In this document: in pieces, positions 37,619 through 46,118 of the stretch | Layout of the letters: every line of letters starts with the position of its first letter | How positions within the stretch are numbered: the stretch's first letter is position 1 | Assembly: GCA_964442775.1 (NCBI GenBank) | Contig: CAYUAO010000002.1 | Location: forward strand, 573 to 64,572 | Source: an uncultured Halothiobacillus sp. | GTDB taxonomy: Bacteria > Pseudomonadota > Gammaproteobacteria > Halothiobacillales > Halothiobacillaceae | Reading direction: 5' to 3' | Length of the DNA stretch: 64,000 nucleotides | Made by a program: the position numbers and the translations under genes | Notes under the pieces: model-generated | Told to the model about the DNA's origin: nothing | The model's database searches: none | What the model saw: only the letters and a program-made list of their open reading frames with translations

Positions 37619-38538
37619 CCGCTCGACCACTCGAACCGGGGAGCCCGCAGGCCTGGATGCGCGCCGGTTGCAAGCTCAATCTCTACCTGCACGTCAATGC
37701 GCGTCGGCCCGACGGTTATCACGAACTGCAGACCTTCTTCGAACTGCTGGACTACGGTGACGAACTGAGTGTCGACAGCCGTCACGAGGACATTCGTGTC
37801 CAATGGGTCGCGGGTGATGAATCCATCGAAGGCAGGCCGGCCGATCCGCAGCACGACCTGCTCTACAAGGCGGCGGCAAGGTTGCGCGAAGAATCCCTTG
37901 ACGTTCGATCCGCGAAACGACCCGCGCCGGGGGTGCACGTCACACTCAGGAAACACGTGCCGGTCGGCGGCGGGCTCGGCGGCGGTTCGGCCGCGGCCGC
38001 CTGCCTTCTGAAGATGCTGAATCAAAGCTGGGGCCTTCATCTCCCCATTGACAGGCTCGCCGGGATTGGGCGCGAGTTGGGGGCCGACGTGCCGGTGTTC
38101 ATCCACGGCCGGAGCGCCACGGCCCACGGCGTGGGCGAACGACTGCAGCCGGGCGTGGCCGGTCAGACCTCCGGCACCTACCTGGTATTGATCCTTTCCC
38201 TGTCCTCCCCCACCGCGAATCTTTTCGCCGCCGACGAACTCGACCGCGACCGGCCCAAGTGTCCCGATGCCGAGCTGCTCGAACACTGGCGCGAGCTCGG
38301 GACGAACGTGTTCGAGCCGATACTTCTGGCGCGCCATCCGGACATGGCGGCGCTGCTCGCCGATCTTCGCGCCGAGACGGGTTTCGGCCGGGTGACCGGG
38401 TCGGGGTCCTCGCTTTTCGCCCCGGTAACCAGCGCCGACGAGGGACGCCGGATCGCGGAAGAACTGGCCTCCCGGCACGCGATCCTGCGCCGCCATTTCG
38501 TCGCCCGGCGGCTCTCTCACTCCAGATCAGCGACTTAG
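37615..38538 (+). CDS. ispE: 4-diphosphocytidyl-2-C-methyl-D-erythritol kinase (307 aa)
   Basis: GHMP kinase motifs (KLNLYLHVNARRPDGYHELQT, PVGGGLGGGSAAAA). The start overlaps the lolB stop (ATGA). Confidence 0.92.
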   Translation: MTARPLEPGSPQAWMRAGCKLNLYLHVNARRPDGYHELQTFFELLDYGDELSVDSRHEDIRVQWVAGDESIEGRPADPQHDLLYKAAARLREESLDVRSAKRPAPGVHVTLRKHVPVGGGLGGGSAAAACLLKMLNQSWGLHLPIDRLAGIGRELGADVPVFIHGRSATAHGVGERLQPGVAGQTSGTYLVLILSLSSPTANLFAADELDRDRPKCPDAELLEHWRELGTNVFEPILLARHPDMAALLADLRAETGFGRVTGSGSSLFAPVTSADEGRRIAEELASRHAILRRHFVARRLSHSRSAT

Positions 38539-38580
38539 CCTCGCACCGGCCGGTGCCGGCAAAAAAACCGCCTTGGGGCC

Positions 38581-38609
38581 TTGGCAAACCCGGATCGCTT
38601 GGTTAAGAT
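38581..38609 (+). promoter_or_regulatory. Sigma70 promoter of tRNA-Gln (and probably prs)
   Basis: TTGGCA (38581-38586), a 17-nt spacer, TAAGAT (38604-38609), then the GC-rich discriminator GCGCACC. The tRNA starts at 38626. Confidence 0.6.
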
Positions 38610-38625
38610 GCGCACCTCTTTCGAA

Positions 38626-38702
38626 TGGGCCGTCGCCAAGTTGGTTAAGGCACCGGATTTTGATTCCGGCATTCGCAGGTTCGAATCCTGCCGGCCCAGC
38701 CA
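38626..38702 (+). tRNA. tRNA-Gln (anticodon UUG) with encoded CCA
   Basis: TGGGCCGTCGCCAAGTTGGTTAAGGCACCGGATTTTGATTCCGGCATTCGCAGGTTCGAATCCTGCCGGCCCAGCCA. The anticodon arm is CCGGA-TTTTGAT-TCCGG. Confidence 0.95.
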
Positions 38703-38719
38703 AATAACCGGCGAGACCG

Positions 38720-39679
38720 ATGTCAATATCACGCTCCCTGATGGTCTTCACGGGCAACGCGAATCGGCCACTGGCCGAACGGGTTGCGGAAAGCCTTGAC
38801 AGCCAGCTCGGACAGGCATCGGTAACGCACTTCTCGGACGGCGAATCCGCCGTCGAGCTCCTGGAAAACGTCCGCGGTCGCGACATCTTCGTCATCCAGC
38901 CGACCTGCGATCCGACGAACGAACACGTCATGGAGCTCATGCTGATGACCGACGCCCTGCGTCGGGCCTCGGCTCACCGCATCACCGCGGTCATCCCCTA
39001 CTTCGGCTACTCCCGTCAGGACCGTCGCGTCCGCTCTTCTCGCGTTCCGATCAGCGCCAAGGTGGTCGCGAACATGCTGCAGAGCGGTGGCGTGGATCGC
39101 ATCCTGACCGTCGACCTGCACGCCGACCAGATCCAGGGCTTCTTCGACATCCCGGTCGACAACGTCTATGCCTCGCCCATCCTGCTGGGCGACATCTGGC
39201 GCCAGAAGTACGAGGATCTGATCGTCGTCTCGCCCGACGTGGGCGGCGTGGTGCGCGCCCGTGCCGTGGCCAAGCGCCTCGACGACGCGGACCTGGCCAT
39301 TATCGACAAGCGCCGCCCGCGGGCGAACGTCTCCCAGGTGATGCATATCATCGGCGAGGTCAAGGGCAAGACCTGCGTGCTGGTCGACGACATGGTCGAC
39401 ACCGCGGGCACGCTCTGCAAGGCCGCCGACGCCCTTAAGAAGCATGGTGCGCGCAAGGTGGTGGCCTACTCCACCCACGCCATCCTCTCCGGCAAGGCCA
39501 TCGAGAACATCGAGGCCTCCTCGCTTGACGAACTGGTGGTGACCGACACTGTGCCGCTCAAGCCCGAGGCCGAGGCCTGCGAACGCATCCGGGTGCTTTC
39601 CGTTGCCGGCATGCTCGCCGAGACTATCCGCCGCATCCACACCGACGAGTCCGTCAGCTCGCTCTACAACGACGACTGA
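38720..39679 (+). CDS. prs: Ribose-phosphate pyrophosphokinase (319 aa)
   Basis: [43 protein letters not shown] and [13 protein letters not shown] (PRPP-binding). Confidence 0.96.
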   Translation: MSISRSLMVFTGNANRPLAERVAESLDSQLGQASVTHFSDGESAVELLENVRGRDIFVIQPTCDPTNEHVMELMLMTDALRRASAHRITAVIPYFGYSRQDRRVRSSRVPISAKVVANMLQSGGVDRILTVDLHADQIQGFFDIPVDNVYASPILLGDIWRQKYEDLIVVSPDVGGVVRARAVAKRLDDADLAIIDKRRPRANVSQVMHIIGEVKGKTCVLVDDMVDTAGTLCKAADALKKHGARKVVAYSTHAILSGKAIENIEASSLDELVVTDTVPLKPEAEACERIRVLSVAGMLAETIRRIHTDESVSSLYNDD

Positions 39680-39869
39680 CCGGGCAGGAAAGTCGTCCCT
39701 CCGCCCTTCCTCCTGACCGGGTTTCCCTGTACAATTCGCGCGCCACTCGAACCGATCGGGTGGCGCGCGTCGGTTGTGGGCTTGGTCGCGGGCCGCAACC
39801 GTACATCAGACGCCGGGAGTCGGCCTAGACGTCGCCCCGGCGGTTTTCATTTCTGGAGTGGACCCAATC

Positions 39870-40520
39870 ATGTCTCAAGAAAATTTCAAGATTGAAGCGT
39901 CCGTTCGCGATGACCTGGGGAAAGGTGCGAGCCGCCGCCTGCGTCGCGAAGGGAACATCCCGGCAATCGTCTACGGTGGCAAGAAGCCGCCGGTCTCGCT
40001 GACCATCAACCACAACGAGCTCCTGAAGCACCTCGACCACGAGGCGTTTTTCTCGCACATCCTCGAGCTCGATATCGACGGCGAGACCGACGAGGTGGTC
40101 CTGCGTGACCTGCACCGTCACCCGTACAAGACCACCGTCGTGCTGCATGCCGACTTCCAGCGCATCACCCGTGGTCAGAAGATGCGCATGCATGTGCCGC
40201 TGCACTTCGACAATCGCGAAGAGAGCAAGGGCGCGAAGGCCGGTGGCGTGATCAGCGTGATTCACAACGAGATCGAGATTGAGTGCCTGCCGCGTCAGCT
40301 GCCGGAATACCTCACCATCGATCTGGCCGACCTGGACGTCAACGAGTCCATCCACCTCTCGGAGATCACGCTGCCGGAAGGCATCAGCATTCCGGAGCTC
40401 GCGCTGGGCGAAGAGCACGACGTGGCCGTCGTCGCGATTCACCCGCCGAAGGTGGAGAAGGAACCGGAAGAGCAAGAGGCAGCCGGCGACGAGGAAGAGA
40501 CGGGCGGCGAAGAAGCCTGA
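39870..40520 (+). CDS. rplY: 50S ribosomal protein L25 / general stress protein Ctc, long form (216 aa)
   Basis: GKGASRRLRREGNIPAIVYGGKKPPVSLTINHNEL with an acidic C-terminal tail. ATG 39870 is preceded by GGAGTGG. Confidence 0.93.
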   Translation: MSQENFKIEASVRDDLGKGASRRLRREGNIPAIVYGGKKPPVSLTINHNELLKHLDHEAFFSHILELDIDGETDEVVLRDLHRHPYKTTVVLHADFQRITRGQKMRMHVPLHFDNREESKGAKAGGVISVIHNEIEIECLPRQLPEYLTIDLADLDVNESIHLSEITLPEGISIPELALGEEHDVAVVAIHPPKVEKEPEEQEAAGDEEETGGEEA

Positions 40521-40545
40521 ACCTTTCCTAACGCGCCCTGCAGAA

Positions 40546-40572
40546 CCCCGATCGCTTTGATCGGGGTTTTTT
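40546..40572 (+). terminator. Rho-independent terminator after rplY
   Basis: CCCCGATC-GCTTT-GATCGGGG followed by TTTTTT. Confidence 0.8.
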
Positions 40573-40621
40573 CGTTTTGGGCCGGATGAGAGCACCTCCG
40601 GCTATGCGATAATCCGCGCCC

Positions 40622-41206
40622 ATGAGTATCAAGCTGATCGTGGGACTGGGCAATCCCGGGCAGAAGTACGACAACACTCGTCACAACGCCGGATTCTGGG
40701 CTGTAGACGCCATCGCCGAGGCCCTGGGCGCTCGCTGGACCGAGGAGCGAAAGTTCAAGGGTTCAGTCGCCCGGGTGATGGTCGGCGGTGTCGATCTGCG
40801 CCTGCTGCGTCCGGACACCTTCATGAACCGCTCGGGCCAGTCCGTCGGCCCTCTGGCGCAGTTCTTCAAGATCGCCCCGGAAGAGATCCTCGTGATCCAC
40901 GACGATCTTGACCTGCCGCCCGGGCGCATGCGTCTGAAATGCGGTGGTGGGCACGGCGGCCACAACGGGCTCAAGGATATCCAGGCCACCATGGGCAGCC
41001 CGGATTTCTGGCGCCTGCGCATCGGCGTGGGCCATCCGGGGCACCGTGACGCCGTGGTCGGCTACGTCCTGACCAGCGCCCCCCCGGACGAACGCCGGCT
41101 CATCGACGATGTCGTGATCGAGGTCCGACACCTGGCGCCCGACCTGGTCCACGCGGACGAGACGGCAATGAGACAAACCATCAACAGCTATCGACCGCCT
41201 TCCTGA
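40622..41206 (+). CDS. pth: Peptidyl-tRNA hydrolase (194 aa)
   Basis: LIVGLGNPGQKYDNTRHNAGFW, MNRSGQSV, HDDLDLPPG and GGHGGHNGLKD. Confidence 0.96.
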   Translation: MSIKLIVGLGNPGQKYDNTRHNAGFWAVDAIAEALGARWTEERKFKGSVARVMVGGVDLRLLRPDTFMNRSGQSVGPLAQFFKIAPEEILVIHDDLDLPPGRMRLKCGGGHGGHNGLKDIQATMGSPDFWRLRIGVGHPGHRDAVVGYVLTSAPPDERRLIDDVVIEVRHLAPDLVHADETAMRQTINSYRPPS

Positions 41207-41279
41207 ATCGCGACGGTCTTCCCGACATCACGTGGCCGCCCTGCCCGGCCACCCCCGACACTGAATCAACGGAGTCCCT

Positions 41280-42374
41280 ATGGGTTTCAACTGTGGCATC
41301 GTGGGCCTGCCCAACGTCGGCAAGTCCACCCTGTTCAATGCGCTCACCAAGGCCGGCATCCAGGCCGCCAACTACCCGTTCTGCACCATCGAGCCGAACG
41401 TGGGCGTCGTCGCGGTTCCGGATCCGCGACTCGACCGGCTGGCCGAAATCGTCAAGCCCGAGCGTGTCATTCCGACCAGCATGGAATTCGTCGACATCGC
41501 GGGGCTCGTCGCCGGCGCCTCCAAGGGCGAAGGCCTGGGCAACCAGTTCCTCGCCAATATCCGCGAGACCGACGCCATCGTGCAAGTCGTGCGCTGCTTC
41601 GCCAATGACGACGTGATTCACGTCGCCGGCAAGGTCGACCCGGCCGCCGACATTGAAGTAATAAACACCGAGCTGGCCCTGGCCGATCTCGACACCGTGC
41701 AAAAGGCCGTCGAACGGCTGACCAAGCAGACCAAGTCCGGCCAGAACAAGGACGCGGCGGCCAAGCTCGAACTGGTCAAGGAAGTCGCCGAGGCGCTTGA
41801 CGAAGGTCATTCGGTGCGCAGCATGAAGCTCGATGCCGAAAAGCTCGCCCTCCTCCACGACCTGCACCTGCTGACGGCCAAGCCGCTGATGTTCATCGCC
41901 AACGTCGACGAGAACGGATTCGAGAACAATCCGTTCCTGGACCAGGTGCGGGAGCTGGCAGCACGCGAGGGCGCGACCGTGGTGCCGGTCTGCGCGACCA
42001 CGGAAGCCGAGCTGATCGACCTGGAGGGCGAGGACAAGGCAATGTTCCTCGACGAGATGGGCCTGGACGAGCCTGGCCTCGACCGGGTGATCCGGGCCGG
42101 TTACGAACTCCTCGGTTTGCAGACCTACTTCACCGCAGGCGTCAAGGAAGTGCGTGCCTGGACCATCAAGCGGGGCATGACCGCGCCGCAGGCCGCCGGC
42201 GTGATCCACACGGATTTCGAAAAAGGCTTCATTCGCGCCGAGGTGGTCTCCTACGACGACTTCCTCGCCTGTGGCGGCGAACAGGGGGCGAAGGAGGCCG
42301 GGAAGTGGCGGCTCGAAGGCAAGGATTACGTCATGCAGGAAGGGGATATCGTGCATTTCCGCTTCAACGTCTGA
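41280..42374 (+). CDS. ychF: Redox-regulated ribosome-binding ATPase YchF (364 aa)
   Basis: [18 protein letters not shown] (P-loop), [22 protein letters not shown], and a C-terminal TGS-like domain ([31 protein letters not shown]). Confidence 0.96.
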   Translation: MGFNCGIVGLPNVGKSTLFNALTKAGIQAANYPFCTIEPNVGVVAVPDPRLDRLAEIVKPERVIPTSMEFVDIAGLVAGASKGEGLGNQFLANIRETDAIVQVVRCFANDDVIHVAGKVDPAADIEVINTELALADLDTVQKAVERLTKQTKSGQNKDAAAKLELVKEVAEALDEGHSVRSMKLDAEKLALLHDLHLLTAKPLMFIANVDENGFENNPFLDQVRELAAREGATVVPVCATTEAELIDLEGEDKAMFLDEMGLDEPGLDRVIRAGYELLGLQTYFTAGVKEVRAWTIKRGMTAPQAAGVIHTDFEKGFIRAEVVSYDDFLACGGEQGAKEAGKWRLEGKDYVMQEGDIVHFRFNV

Positions 42375-42414
42375 AACGACGCCGAACCGGGCGTGAAAAG
42401 GCGCGCTGACAGGG

Positions 42415-42443
42415 TTGACAACCCCGTGGGGAATCCCGATAAT
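42415..42443 (+). promoter_or_regulatory. Sigma70 promoter of tRNA-Met
   Basis: A perfect TTGACA (42415-42420), a 17-nt spacer, GATAAT (42438-42443), then the GC-rich discriminator GCGCGCC. The tRNA starts at 42457. Confidence 0.7.
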
Positions 42444-42456
42444 GCGCGCCTCGCTT

Positions 42457-42533
42457 GGCTATGTAGCTCAGCTGGTTAGAGCACGGCACTCATAATGCCG
42501 GAGTCGGTGGTTCGAATCCACCCATAGCCACCA
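42457..42533 (+). tRNA. tRNA-Met, elongator type (anticodon CAU), with encoded CCA
   Basis: GGCTATGTAGCTCAGCTGGTTAGAGCACGGCACTCATAATGCCGGAGTCGGTGGTTCGAATCCACCCATAGCCACCA closely resembles E. coli elongator tRNA-Met. A lysidine-modified tRNA-Ile2 cannot be excluded from the sequence alone. Confidence 0.9.
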
Positions 42534-42549
42534 CAAAAAATCTGAAAAC

Positions 42550-42587
42550 AGCGACTTGCGGGCTTACTGCCCGGGTCGCTTTTTTTG
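42550..42587 (+). terminator. Rho-independent terminator after tRNA-Met
   Basis: Compound hairpin with outer stem AGCGAC/GTCGCT and inner stem CGGGC/GCCCG, followed by a T7 run. Confidence 0.8.
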
Positions 42588-42646
42588 TGCGCGGAATCAT
42601 TGTGGTGGGGTCTTGCTCCTACCCCGGTGACTGGACAGGTGTCTGC

Positions 42647-43312
42647 ATGACGGGATTCGGCAATCTGCACTGGGTCGAACTGATCGGTCACCTCGGCTAC
42701 GTGCTCACCCTTGCGGCATATCTGGTCAGCGACATGATTCGCCTGCGGGTTCTGGTAGCGCTCGCGTCGGCCGTGATGCTGTTCTACTTCGCCTTTGCCA
42801 CCGGTAACGTGTCATGGACTCCGTTGATCTGGATGGCGATATTCCTCGCCGTGAACCTGGTATGGGTGGTGGTACTCCTGCGCCAGCAACGCGCCATCCG
42901 CTTCACCGAGGAAGAGCGCGAACTGCACGACACGCTGTTCCGAGAGCTGAGTGCCCTGGAGTTCCTCAAGCTGCTGCGTGCCGGTCGCTGGGAAAGCGTG
43001 TCGACGGGCACGGTACTCACCCGCGAGGGCGAAACGGTCGAGGACCTCGTGCTGCTGGTGGAGGGAACCGCGGAGGTGCAGCGGAACCGGCGCGAACCGG
43101 TCCAGGTGCGTTCCGGGGCGTTGATCGGCGAGATGAGTTTCATCGAACACCGCCCTGCCACGGCGACAGTCAGCACCACCCTGCCCTCGCGACTGCTGGT
43201 ATGGAACCAGGCCCGGTTGAACGACCTGTTCCGGCGCAACCCCTCCATGCGTGCCCCGGTGATGTCCGTCATCGGACAGGACCTCAGTCGTAAACTGGCC
43301 GTGCACTCGTGA
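42647..43312 (+). CDS. Membrane protein with about 3 N-terminal TM helices and a C-terminal cyclic-nucleotide-binding (CAP-family) domain, 221 aa
   Basis: TM segments LIGHLGYVLTLAAYLV, VLVALASAVMLFYFAF and LIWMAIFLAVNLVWVVVLL, then a cNMP-binding beta-roll with the phosphate-binding-cassette-like GALIGEMSFIEHRPATATV. I chose ATG 42647 over the track GTG at 42587, which overlaps the terminator. Confidence 0.75.
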   Translation: MTGFGNLHWVELIGHLGYVLTLAAYLVSDMIRLRVLVALASAVMLFYFAFATGNVSWTPLIWMAIFLAVNLVWVVVLLRQQRAIRFTEEERELHDTLFRELSALEFLKLLRAGRWESVSTGTVLTREGETVEDLVLLVEGTAEVQRNRREPVQVRSGALIGEMSFIEHRPATATVSTTLPSRLLVWNQARLNDLFRRNPSMRAPVMSVIGQDLSRKLAVHS

Positions 43313-43883
43313 AATGCGCGGCGCGGTCGCGTGCCGCCCTCGGTCGGACAGACTGCACCCGTGGCCAACCATGGGCCGCCTCACGCTTGCGCCTCGGATC
43401 GGCCAGTCGAAGCACGGTGATCTCGAAATCCATGAGCCGTGGCGATAGTTGGCGGCGGCAAGATCGCGCATCCGCGATTGCCGCGCTCTGGCCCGCCTAC
43501 GGTTCAACCGCACGGCAATGAATCCACGCTAAAGATTCCTCGCCGACTCGTCCCCCGGGCACACCGGGACGTTCGGCGGATTCGCGAGCACATCGCCATC
43601 CCTGTGCTGGCCCGGGATTCGAGCCGACCCTCGATAGGGCGGCCGATTGCCGATTCCCGCCGGAACAATGCGGAACATTTCGCGCTTTTCCCTCCAATCC
43701 AAGGGGGACTGCTGGCAGAATCCGCCGGAATGCGCATCGGCCCTGCCGAAACGACGTCTCGGCATCGGCAAGACCGCGTTCCGCGTCCGGATTGGTGATT
43801 CGGCGCGAAATTGCCTTTAAAATGCCGGGGTCTTTCGAGGCGACGAGCGCCTCGACCAAGGCCACCAACTGGAACGGATCACC

Positions 43884-44249
43884 ATGGAAAAGCACATTCT
43901 TCTGGTCGAAGACAACGAGATGAATCGGGACATGCTCTCCCGGCGGCTGAAACGCAAGGGATTCACCGTGTCAGTTGCCATGGACGGGCGTCGTGGCGTG
44001 GACATGGCGCACGAGATCAAGCCCGACATCATCCTGATGGACATGAGCCTGCCGGTGCTCGATGGCTGGGACGCAACCCGGGAGATCAAGGCCGACGACT
44101 CGATCTCGTCCATTCCGGTAATCGCGCTGACCGCCCATGCAATGGCGAGCGACCGCGACAGGGCGCTGGATGCCGGTTGTGACGACTTCGACACCAAACC
44201 AGTCGAACTCCCGCGCCTGCTGGAGAAGATCGAAAGGATTCTTGGTTGA
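43884..44249 (+). CDS. Stand-alone CheY-like response regulator receiver (121 aa)
   Basis: ILLVEDNEMNRDML...DIILMDMSLPVLDGW...PVIALTAHA...DDFDTKP carries all the receiver signature residues. Confidence 0.92.
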   Translation: MEKHILLVEDNEMNRDMLSRRLKRKGFTVSVAMDGRRGVDMAHEIKPDIILMDMSLPVLDGWDATREIKADDSISSIPVIALTAHAMASDRDRALDAGCDDFDTKPVELPRLLEKIERILG

Positions 44250-44299
44250 GCAACGCTCCCTCGACGTTTCCCCTCCCACGCATCGAAAAGGACCAACCG

Positions 44300-45529
44300 A
44301 TGCCGATCGTTCAACGGACTTTCCCACTTTCCTGCACTGCCATCGCCCTGGCCCTGCTGTTCTCCTTCACTCTGTCTCCTGCCGTCACGCAGGCCGCCGA
44401 ACCCGGAGCCGACGAGGACGCGTCGACGGATGTCGACGCACTCCGGGAACGCCTGAAAAAGCGTCGCCAGGCGGACGAGTCGGACAACCGCTTCAAGCCG
44501 CGCTTCTCCGGGTTCATAAACGCCGGGGTCAGCCACGACCCCGATGGGACCGGTTATTCCGCCCAGGATGGCGACACGGATTTCGAGCTCAACAGCCTCG
44601 CGGGGCTGCAGGGCCGGTTCGAACTCGGCGAGTCGACCAATGTGACCGTCCAGGGCGTGGCTCGCGGCGCCGACGAGTGGAAACCCGAGATCGAGTGGGC
44701 AATGCTCTCGCACGGCTTCGATAACGGCCTGACAGTGCGTGCCGGCCGTCTGCGGGTGCCGCTGTTCATGTACTCCGATTACCTGGAAGTGGGTTATGCG
44801 CAACCCTGGGCGCGACCACCACAGGAAGTCTACGGAATGGTGCCCATCTCCAGTTTCAACGGCGTCGACGCGATCCACGAGCACTCCCTGGCAGGCGGTA
44901 CCCTGAGCACACAGGCGTTCGCCGGGGCCACGGAAGACGAGTACCGATTCACTTCGGATACCGAAGTGGATTTCGAGCTCGACAACCTTTTCGGTGGCTC
45001 GATCGCCTGGACCGACGACAGGCTCACCCTTCGCGTTAACGCCGCCCGGGCGGACGTCCGCATGCAGGAACCCGAGTTCCGCCCGGCGCTGGATGTCGAC
45101 GACTCGGGTTGGTTCGCCGGCGTCGGGGCCCGCTGGGAGACCGGCGACTGGTTCGTTGTTGGCGAACTCACGCGCATCGAGGTCGACTCGCCGCAATACC
45201 CGGACACGGATGCCGGATACCTGTCCGCCGGTCACCAACTGGGACCGACGGTGCCTTACCTGACCCTTGCCGCGGTCGAGTCCACGGACGATGCGACGCG
45301 CGCCGGTACCCCCATGCAGGCGTTCGACATGCAACGACACGCCGTCACGCTCGGCGCGCGCTGGGACGTGATGCCGAAAGTGGCGGTCAAGGCCGAGATC
45401 ACGCGCGCCGACGGCCTGTCGGGCACCTGGGGAGGGCTCGGGAGCAACCTCGATTCGATGATGGAGCGTGGTCGGTTCGTGCATGACGACGCCACGATCG
45501 GCACGTTGTCCGTCCACGCGGTCTTCTGA
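44300..45529 (+). CDS. Predicted outer-membrane beta-barrel (porin-like) protein, 409 aa
   Basis: Signal peptide MPIVQRTFPLSCTAIALALLFSFTLSPAVTQA-AEP, alternating amphipathic beta-strand patterns, and a C-terminal aromatic residue (LSVHAVF). ATG 44300 is preferred to the track TTG at 44246. Confidence 0.65.
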   Translation: MPIVQRTFPLSCTAIALALLFSFTLSPAVTQAAEPGADEDASTDVDALRERLKKRRQADESDNRFKPRFSGFINAGVSHDPDGTGYSAQDGDTDFELNSLAGLQGRFELGESTNVTVQGVARGADEWKPEIEWAMLSHGFDNGLTVRAGRLRVPLFMYSDYLEVGYAQPWARPPQEVYGMVPISSFNGVDAIHEHSLAGGTLSTQAFAGATEDEYRFTSDTEVDFELDNLFGGSIAWTDDRLTLRVNAARADVRMQEPEFRPALDVDDSGWFAGVGARWETGDWFVVGELTRIEVDSPQYPDTDAGYLSAGHQLGPTVPYLTLAAVESTDDATRAGTPMQAFDMQRHAVTLGARWDVMPKVAVKAEITRADGLSGTWGGLGSNLDSMMERGRFVHDDATIGTLSVHAVF

Positions 45530-45599
45530 TCACGCCGAGCCGGACGAGCACGGACAAAGCGACGCCGGCACAGCCACGCCGGCGACAGTGGAGGTAAGG

Positions 45600-46118
45600 A
45601 TGACAGTTTCAATGGCCACCGGGCTTATGCTCGCGCGGATCCGTCGATACCCGCCGCACCACAGGCGGCAGTCTCTCCGGTCATGCCGCCAAGCCGGGAA
45701 CCGTCTGTTTCCCTTGGCAGTTCTGCTCGTCGTAATGGCGGCCAGTCCCCTGGCGGCACGGGCCGAGCCCTTCGTGGTGATCACTCACCCGGACGCCGCG
45801 CAGGAACTGGACAAGGACGATATCCGCGAGATCTACCTCGGGCGACGCGAGGACTGGGTGCCCCTGGAATTGCTCGAGGGCAATCCCCTGCGTGAACGAT
45901 TCCACGAGGAGATCACCGGGCGCACGAACGCCCAGCTGCGGTCGCACTGGTCGCGCCAGGTCTTCACGGGGCGCGGCTACCCACCCGAGGAGATCGAGAA
46001 GGAATCCGAGGTCATGCTCTTGGTCAGCGAAGAGCCCGCGGCCATCGGTTATGTGAGCGAGGATGCCGTATCCGGTGACGTGAAGGTCGTCTACCGGGAT
46101 GATGAATCGAAGGATTGA
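45600..46118 (+). CDS. Small secreted periplasmic-binding-protein-like (PstS/PBP_like_2-type half domain) protein, 172 aa
   Basis: A hydrophobic signal-like segment [22 protein letters not shown], then [29 protein letters not shown]...[13 protein letters not shown]...[13 protein letters not shown], which resembles phosphate-type PBP fragments. ATG 45600 is preceded by GGAGGTAAGG. The exact start is uncertain. Confidence 0.55.
   Translation: MTVSMATGLMLARIRRYPPHHRRQSLRSCRQAGNRLFPLAVLLVVMAASPLAARAEPFVVITHPDAAQELDKDDIREIYLGRREDWVPLELLEGNPLRERFHEEITGRTNAQLRSHWSRQVFTGRGYPPEEIEKESEVMLLVSEEPAAIGYVSEDAVSGDVKVVYRDDESKD

Noticed and set aside
43313-43895. Track ORFs 43439..43798(+), 43497..43895(-), 43504..43737(-), 43529..43771(-), and a 49-codon minus-strand ORF starting near 43432 (MDFEITVLRLADPRRKREA...).
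   Set aside because: Their translations have no motifs. They overlap one another and the neighbouring genes. By hand count, third-position GC is only moderate for the 49-codon ORF. I treat the region as noncoding pending a homology search.
44246-44299. Longer starts offered by the ORF track: TTG 44246 for the barrel protein, GTG 42587 for the cNMP-binding protein, 17243 for the second GGDEF-EAL gene, 9922 for aceF, 5396 for the ferredoxin, and 57682 for miaB.
   Set aside because: In each case a downstream ATG or GTG is preceded by a better Shine-Dalgarno sequence. That start also yields the conserved N-terminus or a proper signal peptide, and the extension runs into a terminator, promoter or neighbouring gene.
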